Positions 18,715 through 26,823 are shown, counted from the stretch's first letter. The stretch: DNA of 64,000 bases from a virus (IMGVR_UViG_3300028584_000450:159394-223393), one strand, 5' to 3'. The notes: generated by a model from the letters alone, not told the origin. Numbers and translations: made by a program.

Positions 18715-19035
18715 ATGTCATTCAATAACAAAGATTTAATGTTAGAAACAATTGCAGTATTGACAGTAATAATTGGTCGTAGTTCAGACCGCCAGAAAAC
18801 TAGATTAAAAAAAGTATTCACTGATAATTCAGAAAATGCTATTGTCTTGGCGAGATGTTTTAATTATCCGAAAATAATAATACCAACACATCAGGTAATA
18901 TTAGATGATATAGGAGTAGAATCATATATCGTCGATGATGAAGAATATAGATTTGGTTGGATTTCTTTAGAGAAAGCCGAAAGAGAGAGAATTGATCAAA
19001 TCACCGGACAATTATTACTGGAAAGTTCGTTTTAA
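18715..19035 (+). CDS. hypothetical protein
   Basis: ATG after TTGGAGATAAAA. The ORF-track start at 18703 is a TTG. Confidence 0.55.
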   Translation: MSFNNKDLMLETIAVLTVIIGRSSDRQKTRLKKVFTDNSENAIVLARCFNYPKIIIPTHQVILDDIGVESYIVDDEEYRFGWISLEKAERERIDQITGQLLLESSF

Positions 19036-19042
19036 TATAAAT

Positions 19043-19065
19043 GGAGGAGAATAAATATCTCCTCC
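19043..19065 (+). terminator. terminator hairpin
   Basis: Stem GGAGGAGA/TCTCCTCC, loop ATAAATA. Confidence 0.45.
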
Positions 19066-19255
19066 ACATATAATTTTAATAGGTATATTTAATAGAATCT
19101 GAAAGACTATAATTTGTTATGTTCAAAATTAGTTTAAAGGCATACATAGATAATCTCAAGCATAGTTCGCAAATAATTCCAAACTCCGAAAATTTCAAAT
19201 ACAAATATACTAAATAATTAGATATAAATTATATTTTTTTATTTGGAGCGACAAT

Positions 19256-19507
19256 ATGAGACTTATAATTGCCGAAAAAGTTGTTTTTTTAGAAATAGAA
19301 AAAAACCGGTATCGGGTACTTAAGACAAATTTAATACCAACAAACATCAAGCATATACATCAATTAGGCATAGCTTCGCAGTCATATAAATGTTGCCATA
19401 ATACAGATTATCTTTCTCAACAAAGATGTAAAATATGCGAACGATTCATGTGCAAAAATTGTATTAGGAATAACAAATGTCCTCATTGTGGACTGGACTT
19501 ATATTAA
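19256..19507 (+). CDS. Cys-rich zinc-finger-like small protein
   Basis: C-terminus CCHNTDYLSQQRCKICERFMCKNCIRNNKCPHC. Confidence 0.5.
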   Translation: MRLIIAEKVVFLEIEKNRYRVLKTNLIPTNIKHIHQLGIASQSYKCCHNTDYLSQQRCKICERFMCKNCIRNNKCPHCGLDLY

Positions 19508-19517
19508 CCAGTAAAAA

Positions 19518-19563
19518 AATTCCCAGAAATAGAAATTTAATTATTCTATTTCTGGGAATTTTT
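19518..19563 (+). terminator. rho-independent terminator
   Basis: 17-bp stem AATTCCCAGAAATAGAA/TTCTATTTCTGGGAATT, then TTTT. Confidence 0.75.
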
Positions 19564-19606
19564 ACCGATAATTTACCATAAAAGTTATATGAGTTTTAGA
19601 TATTTA

Positions 19607-19616
19607 ATAGAGATAT
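19607..19616 (+). promoter_or_regulatory. ATAGAGATAT promoter-like motif (variant)
   Basis: Variant 10-mer. Confidence 0.35.
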
Positions 19617-19668
19617 TATTACGTATAGACAATAATGTCTATATAAACTTATAATGAGGAGAATTACC

Positions 19669-19881
19669 ATGAGACAATGTTCAGTATGTATGAAAATGAA
19701 GGATGAGAGTGAGTTCGACGGGTTCGAATTCGCAGCGGATAATTGCAACGACTGTTTCCTGGAGGAGGATTATGAATCCTCCGAACTAATCGAAATAGAT
19801 AGGATGCTCGAAGAGCATCCATTGGAGGGTCCAATAGAGAAACCCTGGGAGACATCTCCACTGGAGAGGTCCACAAATTAA
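19669..19881 (+). CDS. hypothetical acidic zinc-ribbon protein (GC-elevated)
   Basis: ATG after AGGAG. CSVCM...CNDC. Locally higher GC. Confidence 0.45.
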   Translation: MRQCSVCMKMKDESEFDGFEFAADNCNDCFLEEDYESSELIEIDRMLEEHPLEGPIEKPWETSPLERSTN

Positions 19882-19887
19882 CCTTGA

Positions 19888-19922
19888 GGGGTGAATTGAA
19901 TCTAATAAATTCAATTCACCCC
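19888..19922. terminator. bidirectional terminator hairpin between convergent genes
   Basis: 14-bp stem GGGGTGAATTGAAT/ATTCAATTCACCCC, with a T/A run nearby. Confidence 0.6.
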
Positions 19923-19952
19923 ACCAGGTAAGTTATTTTTTTAAAAATATAT

Positions 19953-20426
19953 CTAAACAATAACAATATTAACTCCATAAGATTCCATACATTTTTTTGC
20001 TGTCGGAAATTTAATTTCACTATGAACAGGAATTGTTGCAGATATACTTCTATATTCACCGTGCAATCCAGATGTAACTGGAGAAAATGTAGATACATCA
20101 GTAATTGTATATATGCTACATGGATGATTCATTAAATGTGATAATTTCTTTGGTATTTTAAATATACCTTTCCAGATTTTAGAATTTGCAGATGTATATA
20201 TATGTGAAGAGAATTCAATACCAAAACTATCATCCCATGGGAATGTAAATGCAGAACATACATTTCTAGAAGTTGCAGCATATATCCATTTTTTACCTAA
20301 TGAAGATCCACTATTTGAGATATTATGAATCGAATGCAATTCTTTTAAGTTCGAAATATGAGATGCATGATATAAGATTGTTGGTTTTTTCACATTATTA
20401 GTTAATACTAAATCATTTATAGTCAT
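19953..20426 (-). CDS. hypothetical protein sharing N-terminal MTINDLVLTNNVK module with neighbour
   Basis: 157-aa ORF. First 13 codons plus RBS-proximal sequence are identical to 20437..20919. Confidence 0.55.
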   Translation of the reverse strand: MTINDLVLTNNVKKPTILYHASHISNLKELHSIHNISNSGSSLGKKWIYAATSRNVCSAFTFPWDDSFGIEFSSHIYTSANSKIWKGIFKIPKKLSHLMNHPCSIYTITDVSTFSPVTSGLHGEYRSISATIPVHSEIKFPTAKKCMESYGVNIVIV

Positions 20427-20436
20427 TTAATTATTC

Positions 20437-20919
20437 CTATATTATTTTAGATGCTATATATTCACAAAATTTCTCTTCATCTAACTTAGTATTACCATAT
20501 GTAGTATTTTTTATAGAATCGATATATACAGTTGTAAAATTAACTAATAATCGTTTATATTTTTCTTTCTCACCAACAGTTAATATATGTTTATATATTT
20601 CATGTGATAGTTCATGCGCGGTTAATAGTCGTTGAAATTTTATAATATTCGTATTTTTCATATTATAAAATTTACTTACTTTTTCTAAATGATCTAAATC
20701 TCCTACATTAATTGATTTATTTTTTTGCCAATTACCACCACAAGCATATGGATTCATTTTAGGATTTGGTTTTCCATTATCAAAATAACATCCATTTTTA
20801 ATATTAATCTTCATATAAGATATATCATATCCAAACATTTGTTTAATTTTAAGTTTTATATCATCTAATGAATTATTTAATTTCACATTATTAGTTAATA
20901 CTAAATCATTTATAGTCAT
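20437..20919 (-). CDS. hypothetical protein with HExxH motif (possible ImmA/IrrE-like metallopeptidase)
   Basis: AHELSHEIYKH motif. Shared N-terminal module with 19953..20426. Confidence 0.45.
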   Translation of the reverse strand: MTINDLVLTNNVKLNNSLDDIKLKIKQMFGYDISYMKINIKNGCYFDNGKPNPKMNPYACGGNWQKNKSINVGDLDHLEKVSKFYNMKNTNIIKFQRLLTAHELSHEIYKHILTVGEKEKYKRLLVNFTTVYIDSIKNTTYGNTKLDEEKFCEYIASKII

Positions 20920-21501
20920 TTAATTCCCTCTCTTTTCAATTCTGGATTTAGTTACAGGTAAATAATCACTAAATGTAACAATCTGCGGAAGTTTTATGAA
21001 TACTAATTTTGAAGTTTTATATAACTGCTCTATATGTTTTGGATCCTGAAATTTAGACATAACAAGTTTAATATCCGTATCAGAATTGAGTTTCTTAATA
21101 TATGATTTGCCAACTTGAATAATTGTGCTCTTAGACAAATCATCTATAGTATAGCAAATGCGATATTTCAGATCATTTGGAAATGCAAATAAATCAATGG
21201 GAGTTAAATAAATCCCATAATTACCAGTATAATTTTGGTTTAATATTGATCTATAAAATTGATTATACATATATTCCCAGTATATATTGGCATTGTTAAT
21301 TTTATCATTAGTTATGCCTGGTAACTTTTTAGATATTGCTCGCTTTGAATAATCATCAATTTGATTCGGTAATATTAATGTGCTAATTGGAAGTAATCGT
21401 TTATTCGCTAATATCTTATTTAATGATTCATCATCGAATAAATAATGATAAATAGGTGATTTTAATTGTACTGCTTCTAATATTAAAGTATTGATATCCA
21501 T
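20920..21501 (-). CDS. hypothetical protein
   Basis: 193-aa ORF, first gene of a 3-gene minus-strand operon. Confidence 0.55.
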   Translation of the reverse strand: MDINTLILEAVQLKSPIYHYLFDDESLNKILANKRLLPISTLILPNQIDDYSKRAISKKLPGITNDKINNANIYWEYMYNQFYRSILNQNYTGNYGIYLTPIDLFAFPNDLKYRICYTIDDLSKSTIIQVGKSYIKKLNSDTDIKLVMSKFQDPKHIEQLYKTSKLVFIKLPQIVTFSDYLPVTKSRIEKRGN

Positions 21502-21546
21502 ATGAATATATCCTAATAAAAGTATTTTTGATTAGATTAGATAGGT

Positions 21547-21556
21547 TATATCTATT
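21547..21556 (-). promoter_or_regulatory. reverse-orientation ATAGATATAA promoter-like motif
   Basis: Only reverse-complement copy of the family. Lies upstream of the minus-strand operon start. Confidence 0.35.
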
Positions 21557-21603
21557 TTTTAGTTAATATTGAACCGGACATATTAAAAATTTACACTCAT
21601 TGT

Positions 21604-21613
21604 ATAGAGATAT
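21604..21613 (+). promoter_or_regulatory. ATAGAGATAT promoter-like motif (variant)
   Basis: Variant 10-mer in the divergent region. Confidence 0.35.
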
Positions 21614-21696
21614 AAATAAGTATATAGTCAGTTTTATTTTAATCAACTTAATCAAAAAAGGAGATCGATCATGTACGAAATAAAAATATTAATTAG

Positions 21697-21747
21697 TATA
21701 TAGTCAATATATAGTTAATATATAGTCAATTCAATTCAATTCAATTT
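21697..21747 (+). promoter_or_regulatory. tandem operator-like repeats: 3 x TATATAGT(C/T)AA then 4 x TCAAT
   Basis: 11-bp period x3, then 5-bp period x4, ending 15 nt before the 21762 start. Related half-site repeated in the palindrome at 22724. Confidence 0.45.
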
Positions 21748-21761
21748 AAAGGAGAGTAATC

Positions 21762-22721
21762 ATGCATAAAGTAATAATATCGAATAGCTTCGTTACCATG
21801 GCAGAAAATGTACCGACCCATACTGTTGAAGCTGAGTATGGTGATAATTGTGTATATGGAACGAAACTAACTCTAGCCCATCATGGGTCTAGGTCAGAAA
21901 GTCCATGTCCATGCCTTGGAGATAATATTAAAGACCAAGCAGAGGGCATAATAATTGGAATATCCCATATTGATATGGATACCCTCGGTGGTATTTATCG
22001 AATACTGGGATTAAAATCCCCAGATCTTCAACCTAATGATGTGGAGACAATGTTTTGGAACATGGTCGCTAAAATTGATATCTTAGGATATCATAAACTA
22101 GACGAAATCAGAGAACAAATGTGGTTGGAGTTGGAGTATCCAGATACAATAGGCTCGGCTCTTGAGTTTTTCAATGAGCGTTGGGGATATCTATTGGAGA
22201 TTCTCCATGGTATGTATGCCTGGTTTGGAAAAAATGAAATAACAATCCCAGAGGATGGGAGCATCCATGATTGTACATTTCACATAAATGAAGGTTGCAG
22301 AGTTCTTGATGTTCTGGGACTTGGTGATCTAAAAAATGATGAGTTTAAAAGACTCAACCAAGATGGCATTGCTTGGAAAAAAGACCAGGATGATTTAAAT
22401 GCAAAAACCCTAGTCGAAGATATTCCGGGAATTATTGCATTCCGGGTATCAGATAAATTTGTAAACCACATGTATATCTCGCCAACAGGAACCCCTTATC
22501 TTGGGGTTGTTGGATTTGATAATCAAGTCGGATCTATCACAATATCATTGATGGATCCAATTGAAGGGGTTGATTGTTGTCAGATTATGCAACAGTTTTA
22601 TGGTCCCCATGCTGGTGGTCATAAGGGTATCGCCGGAAGCCCAAGAAATCTAAAAGTGACTCAGGATGAGGGTTTCAAAATGTTTAAGATATTCGGAAAT
22701 ATCATTAAACAGAATATTTAA
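21762..22721 (+). CDS. putative DHH/DHHA1-family phosphoesterase-like protein (GC-elevated)
   Basis: GISHIDMDTLGG (DHH motif I-like), AHHG, and C-terminal HAGGHKGIAGSP (DHHA1 GGGH..AAG-like). Motifs are degenerate. Confidence 0.35.
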   Translation: MHKVIISNSFVTMAENVPTHTVEAEYGDNCVYGTKLTLAHHGSRSESPCPCLGDNIKDQAEGIIIGISHIDMDTLGGIYRILGLKSPDLQPNDVETMFWNMVAKIDILGYHKLDEIREQMWLELEYPDTIGSALEFFNERWGYLLEILHGMYAWFGKNEITIPEDGSIHDCTFHINEGCRVLDVLGLGDLKNDEFKRLNQDGIAWKKDQDDLNAKTLVEDIPGIIAFRVSDKFVNHMYISPTGTPYLGVVGFDNQVGSITISLMDPIEGVDCCQIMQQFYGPHAGGHKGIAGSPRNLKVTQDEGFKMFKIFGNIIKQNI

Positions 22722-22723
22722 TC

Positions 22724-22763
22724 AATTGGACTATATAATAATAACATATTATATAGTCCAATT
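22724..22763. promoter_or_regulatory. perfect palindrome with 17-bp arms (terminator/operator)
   Basis: AATTGGACTATATAATA-6 nt-TATTATATAGTCCAATT. Shares TATATAGTC with the repeats at 21697. Confidence 0.5.
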
Positions 22764-22800
22764 AACTATTTTTTAATCTAAACATAACAGGAGATATAAT

Positions 22801-23259
22801 ATGAATACGATAACTGGAGATTTAATCGAATTTGCTGAAAATGGACAGTTTGAAGTTATAATCCACGGATGCAATTGTTTCTGTCAGATGGGAGCTGGAA
22901 TAGCAAAACAAATAAAATCAGAATATCCAGAAGCATATCAAGAAGATTGTAAAACTAAAAAAGGAGATAAATCTAAACTTGGCAACTATTCATGGAAACT
23001 GGTTACTGGAAAATACGAATGGAAATTCATAATAATTAATGCATATACACAATACCACTATGGTAGAGGTATACATGCTGATTATAATTCAATTCGATCT
23101 GTATTTAAATCAATAAAACAAAATTTCAATACTTGTAAAATAGCATATCCAAAAATCGGAGCTGGAATGGCGGGTGGTGATTGGAATGTAATAAAATCTA
23201 TAATAGAAGAAGAATTATCTGGATGTGACCATACATTAGTTATATTACCCAATAAATAG
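22801..23259 (+). CDS. macro-domain (ADP-ribose binding/hydrolase-like) protein
   Basis: VIIHGCNCFCQMGAGIAKQI resembles macro VxxNAAN..GGGVxGAI. IAYPKIGAGMAGGDW resembles IAFPxISTGxYG. Confidence 0.5.
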   Translation: MNTITGDLIEFAENGQFEVIIHGCNCFCQMGAGIAKQIKSEYPEAYQEDCKTKKGDKSKLGNYSWKLVTGKYEWKFIIINAYTQYHYGRGIHADYNSIRSVFKSIKQNFNTCKIAYPKIGAGMAGGDWNVIKSIIEEELSGCDHTLVILPNK

Positions 23260-23281
23260 TTATATTGGTTTATACTATTTC

Positions 23282-23291
23282 ATATAGATAT
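23282..23291 (+). promoter_or_regulatory. ATATAGATAT promoter-like motif
   Basis: Exact 10-mer inside a duplicated promoter/leader cassette. Confidence 0.45.
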
Positions 23292-23378
23292 TGATAAGTA
23301 ATAAAAAAGAACTTAATTCACATTCCGTGAGTTAAGTTCATTCACAGCCCGTTTGGGCATAGAAGAAGGAGAATTATT

Positions 23379-23576
23379 ATGGATTATGTGATCGAGTTAA
23401 TCAAATATGTCCCTACCGAACCTAGAAAGTTTGGTAGGGTTATTTCAACAAACAAACAGGCCCTGAGAATTTGGGGCATGTTGGTGAAAACAATTGGGGT
23501 AGTCGATTCAGTCGACTATCCCAATTTAGTAGAAACAGAAAGAACTGGGTATTGCTTGAACGTCCGCAATATCTAG
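23379..23576 (+). CDS. small protein, paralog of 24088..24270
   Basis: MDYxIxLIK...ALRIW...YCLxxRN is shared with 24088..24270. Upstream ~115 bp duplicated. Confidence 0.55.
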   Translation: MDYVIELIKYVPTEPRKFGRVISTNKQALRIWGMLVKTIGVVDSVDYPNLVETERTGYCLNVRNI

Positions 23577-23900
23577 TCTTTCCAAGGGGATTTCACCCGG
23601 ACAATAAAAGTCCGTGCCTCTTAACTGACGGTCTAATTTAGTTAATTAGACCCACCTTCTACGGTGAAAAAGAACCACTTGAAGCCTGGATAGACAGAGT
23701 GGGGTAAGTAGGAGCGCAAAGCCGGCACGGGGTGAATTAGACACATCCTAGGACCGGTGCGGAAGTAAAAGATCCCAATGACAATAAGTGGATCAATGTC
23801 GAAGTTCGGAATATGGAGACCAATCAATAATATATCAGTGATGATATAGATAATGCATTGGATTAAAGAGCGAGGCAGAGCCGCTACGCCATATTCACTA

Positions 23901-23961
23901 CCTATCTTCAAGGGAAGATAGGTAGAGGTCTCTAGGATTCCTAGAGAACCGCTATTTTTTT
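23901..23961 (+). terminator. double-hairpin terminator
   Basis: CCTATCTTC-AAGG-GAAGATAGG and GGTCTCTAGG-ATT-CCTAGAGAACC, then TATTTTTTT. Identical copy at 24309. Confidence 0.7.
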
Positions 23962-23992
23962 GATAAATAGTTATATTGGTTTATACTATTTC

Positions 23993-24002
23993 ATATAGAT
24001 AT
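23993..24002 (+). promoter_or_regulatory. ATATAGATAT promoter-like motif
   Basis: Second copy of the duplicated cassette. Confidence 0.45.
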
Positions 24003-24087
24003 TGATAAGCAATAAAAGAACTTAATTCACATTCCGTGAGTTAAGTTCATTCACAACCCATTTGGGCATAGAAGAAGGAGAATTATT

Positions 24088-24270
24088 ATGGATTATGAAA
24101 TTCAATTAATTAAGTGCCTCGGAAGTGAAAGGCTTGTGGTTGAAATAAATCAAAATGCTCTCCGAATTTGGAGAGCATTAATGAATACTTGTGGGCATGC
24201 ATTTGAATGTCCACAAGTAGTTAATACACACGATGGGGTTAGTTATTGCCTAGATATACGTAATAACTAA
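24088..24270 (+). CDS. small protein, paralog of 23379..23576
   Basis: See 23379. Confidence 0.55.
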   Translation: MDYEIQLIKCLGSERLVVEINQNALRIWRALMNTCGHAFECPQVVNTHDGVSYCLDIRNN

Positions 24271-24308
24271 ACTCCCACGCCCTGAATAAGGCATAAAACT
24301 ATTCACTA

Positions 24309-24369
24309 CCTATCTTCAAGGGAAGATAGGTAGAGGTCTCTAGGATTCCTAGAGAACCGCTATTTTTTT
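24309..24369 (+). terminator. double-hairpin terminator (copy 2)
   Basis: Same two hairpins plus T-run. Confidence 0.7.
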
Positions 24370-24389
24370 ATATAATTTTATATAATTTT

Positions 24390-24399
24390 ATATAGATAT
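24390..24399 (+). promoter_or_regulatory. ATATAGATAT promoter-like motif
   Basis: Exact 10-mer at the head of a ~90-nt leader duplicated at 25966. Confidence 0.45.
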
Positions 24400-24482
24400 T
24401 AATTAACATAATATGGAGTTGTTCCAATTATATTTGTTTAATTCAACGCCCAATTGGGCATCGAAATTGGAGGTTTGATATA

Positions 24483-25901
24483 ATGGATTTATCATATCGT
24501 TCGAACGAAGTATTTAATGTAGAAAATAACATCACTATCGATCTTCCTACTGGAGTTACATACTCCAGGGAAGTGATAAAAGAAGATAAATCTTCTCCAT
24601 TGAAATTCCCAACATGGAAATCATGGGCTGGATTAGAGGGATGGTGCGATACCATCGAGAAAAAGTTTAATTGGTCCAGAAATAGGGCATTTATTGCCCT
24701 GATGGATCCGGAAAAGGATTGTGACTGGGTTTCTGAGTTATCAGAATCTCAGTGTGATTTAATTGTCGAGAGTCTTAGGTCACCATTTAAAGTGACCTGG
24801 AATCGAGAAAAAGTTAAGATTTGGATTAAGAAATATAACCAGATGATATATCTTAACCAATGGTTAGAATGTCCATTGGATGAAAGATTCAAACCCAAAT
24901 CAAGAAAGGGGTTTGATTTGGCTATAACCCTATCGGTTAGACCAACACCATTTATAATAGCGTGGTTTAATCGCCTAGAGGCTAAAGACTACCATCGATA
25001 TTCACATACCGATATGTGGGTATTGATGATATTGGGGAGAACATCTCCAAAACTATCTAAGTTGTATGACCACATATATGGTATTGACACCACATATTTT
25101 GATAATTCTGAAGAATTCAAGGAAATCTGCAATCAAATTGACTTGAAATATATGAAGTTCTCATCTAAAGGAGAAATAAAAGCTCTTCTAGATGCGGGAG
25201 TTCATCCAACAACTCTAGTCGGGAAAGAGTTTACTAAGGCAGAAGCATGCCAAATGGTAAAAACAAGATCTAGTTATACATTACCTGAACTGAAATCTAC
25301 AAAGCTCAGGATGTATATGAGCACCCTCAACATCCCGGTAGGGTGGTATGAAGAAATCCGTAGTAGGGAAGTTGCGGATTGGGCAAATTCCCATGTAGAA
25401 AAATTGGACCGCACAAGGGAAATCCACGGTCCAGCTGGTGCAATGCAAACAATGCATTATCATCAGCTTTTATATAAGGTAACCCCAGGTATGTTACCTC
25501 AAGGACCTAAAACTGCTTGGAGAAAAGTTATAGGTAGTCTTGAAGAAGTAGCGCGTCTACAGATTCAAGAAGAATTGGGGAAGAATGTTGAATTACCACA
25601 ACTCAAACATCCAGAGATGTTTGATGTTGAAAGAATCAAGACTTCTTTCGAATTAAAGAAAGAAGGTGAATTGATGGGCCATTGCGTTGGTGGGTATGTA
25701 CGATCTTGTTTAAGCAAGAAATCATATATATACCACATTGGGGATGTTGCTCCAAAAGGGGCGACGTTAGAAGTATGTTATGTCCAAAGCAAATTTACAG
25801 CTCAACAGATGTTTATGTGGAAAGATAAACCTGCAGATGCAGATCTGTGGGAAATTGCAAATCTATTGGTGGCAAGCATCAATAGAACAAAGCAAAAATA
25901 G
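24483..25901 (+). CDS. PcfJ-like protein
   Basis: C-terminal KEGELMGHCVGGYVRSCLSKKSYIYHI matches the PcfJ family signature (EG..M.HCVG.Y). 472 aa, GC-elevated. Confidence 0.5.
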   Translation: MDLSYRSNEVFNVENNITIDLPTGVTYSREVIKEDKSSPLKFPTWKSWAGLEGWCDTIEKKFNWSRNRAFIALMDPEKDCDWVSELSESQCDLIVESLRSPFKVTWNREKVKIWIKKYNQMIYLNQWLECPLDERFKPKSRKGFDLAITLSVRPTPFIIAWFNRLEAKDYHRYSHTDMWVLMILGRTSPKLSKLYDHIYGIDTTYFDNSEEFKEICNQIDLKYMKFSSKGEIKALLDAGVHPTTLVGKEFTKAEACQMVKTRSSYTLPELKSTKLRMYMSTLNIPVGWYEEIRSREVADWANSHVEKLDRTREIHGPAGAMQTMHYHQLLYKVTPGMLPQGPKTAWRKVIGSLEEVARLQIQEELGKNVELPQLKHPEMFDVERIKTSFELKKEGELMGHCVGGYVRSCLSKKSYIYHIGDVAPKGATLEVCYVQSKFTAQQMFMWKDKPADADLWEIANLLVASINRTKQK

Positions 25902-25913
25902 TAGAGTAAATAA

Positions 25914-25960
25914 GTTACTCCAAGATTATTAGTCTTGGAGTAACTTCACTATTTTTTATA
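25914..25960 (+). terminator. rho-independent terminator
   Basis: Stem GTTACTCCAAGA/TCTTGGAGTAAC, then TTCACTATTTTTTAT. Confidence 0.7.
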
Positions 25961-25965
25961 TTTTT

Positions 25966-25975
25966 ATATAGATAT
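25966..25975 (+). promoter_or_regulatory. ATATAGATAT promoter-like motif
   Basis: Exact 10-mer in a duplicated leader. Confidence 0.45.
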
Positions 25976-26054
25976 TAATTAACATAATATGGAGTTGTTC
26001 CAATTATATTTATTTAATTCATAGCCTATTTTGGCATCGAAAAGGAGATTTAGA

Positions 26055-26657
26055 ATGAAGACTGAAACCCAAACTTGCCCCTATTGTAATTCAGAAAATG
26101 TAACAAGATACAGAGGAAATGATGATGAATTCCTTTGTAAAGAATGTGCAGTTAGAGAAATTTCAGGAATGTTATATGATGCAGAACCTGAAGAAATTGC
26201 CACACTTCGGAGAAAATGCGAAGATGTTATTCGTAAAGACAAAAAAATCAGAAGCGAATTGATCATAAATATGTTACTTCGCGGTAACATAAATCTAAAT
26301 CTGGATATACCAGATATCCCACAAAAGAAAAAGAAAGTAGCTCGGCCAGAATGTTTCAATTTGGCCCCGAATGTAGTGGTATTAAATATGCCCAATAAAC
26401 ATGTGTATGCTTCAAAGATATTTGTTGATGGACTTGAAGCGATATTTATTAATGACGAAATCATTTCTATTGATGGAAAAATCAATAAAAATGGAGAATT
26501 AACATCATCTAAATATCAGATATGGTTTAGATGTATGTCATTGAAAATGGCAGTATCTACTGGGATAATCAATGATTGTCCTAAAATTAAAGATTTTAAA
26601 ATAAGAGTCAATCAAAATGGAGAGACAATTAAATGCGAATTAGAAAAAAGTGTATAA
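26055..26657 (+). CDS. hypothetical protein with N-terminal zinc ribbon
   Basis: ATG after AAAGGAGA. CPYCNSEN...CKEC. The ORF-track start at 26031 is a TTG. Confidence 0.6.
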   Translation: MKTETQTCPYCNSENVTRYRGNDDEFLCKECAVREISGMLYDAEPEEIATLRRKCEDVIRKDKKIRSELIINMLLRGNINLNLDIPDIPQKKKKVARPECFNLAPNVVVLNMPNKHVYASKIFVDGLEAIFINDEIISIDGKINKNGELTSSKYQIWFRCMSLKMAVSTGIINDCPKIKDFKIRVNQNGETIKCELEKSV

Positions 26658-26809
26658 CAATAATAGAGTTAGATGAAAAGGAGCTGGATTGGCTTATAAG
26701 ATTAATGAGACATTCACCACAAACATGTGATGATGCCGAAATAAGAAATAAATTCTTAATTGAATTAACTGGAGAAGAATTCACAATAACTCCAGAAGAT
26801 TACGATTAA
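26633..26809 (+). CDS. small protein, paralog of 39663..39842
   Basis: 58 aa. ELDEKELDWLIRLM parallels KLNESEFTWLIKFL. Overlaps the upstream gene by 25 nt. Confidence 0.4.
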   Translation: MRIRKKCITIIELDEKELDWLIRLMRHSPQTCDDAEIRNKFLIELTGEEFTITPEDYD

Positions 26810-26823
26810 TTTTAACTGATTTA

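Noticed and set aside
19720-19745. tRNA T-loop-like GGTTCGAATTC
   Set aside because: Lies inside a CDS. Flanking sequence cannot form a T-stem, acceptor stem or anticodon arm. No tRNA-like cloverleaf found anywhere in the window by eye.
23642-23911. 89-aa minus-strand ORF in the GC-rich insert
   Set aside because: Wrong strand relative to all neighbours. Hydrophobic low-complexity translation, no RBS. The region is better explained as non-coding or structured RNA.
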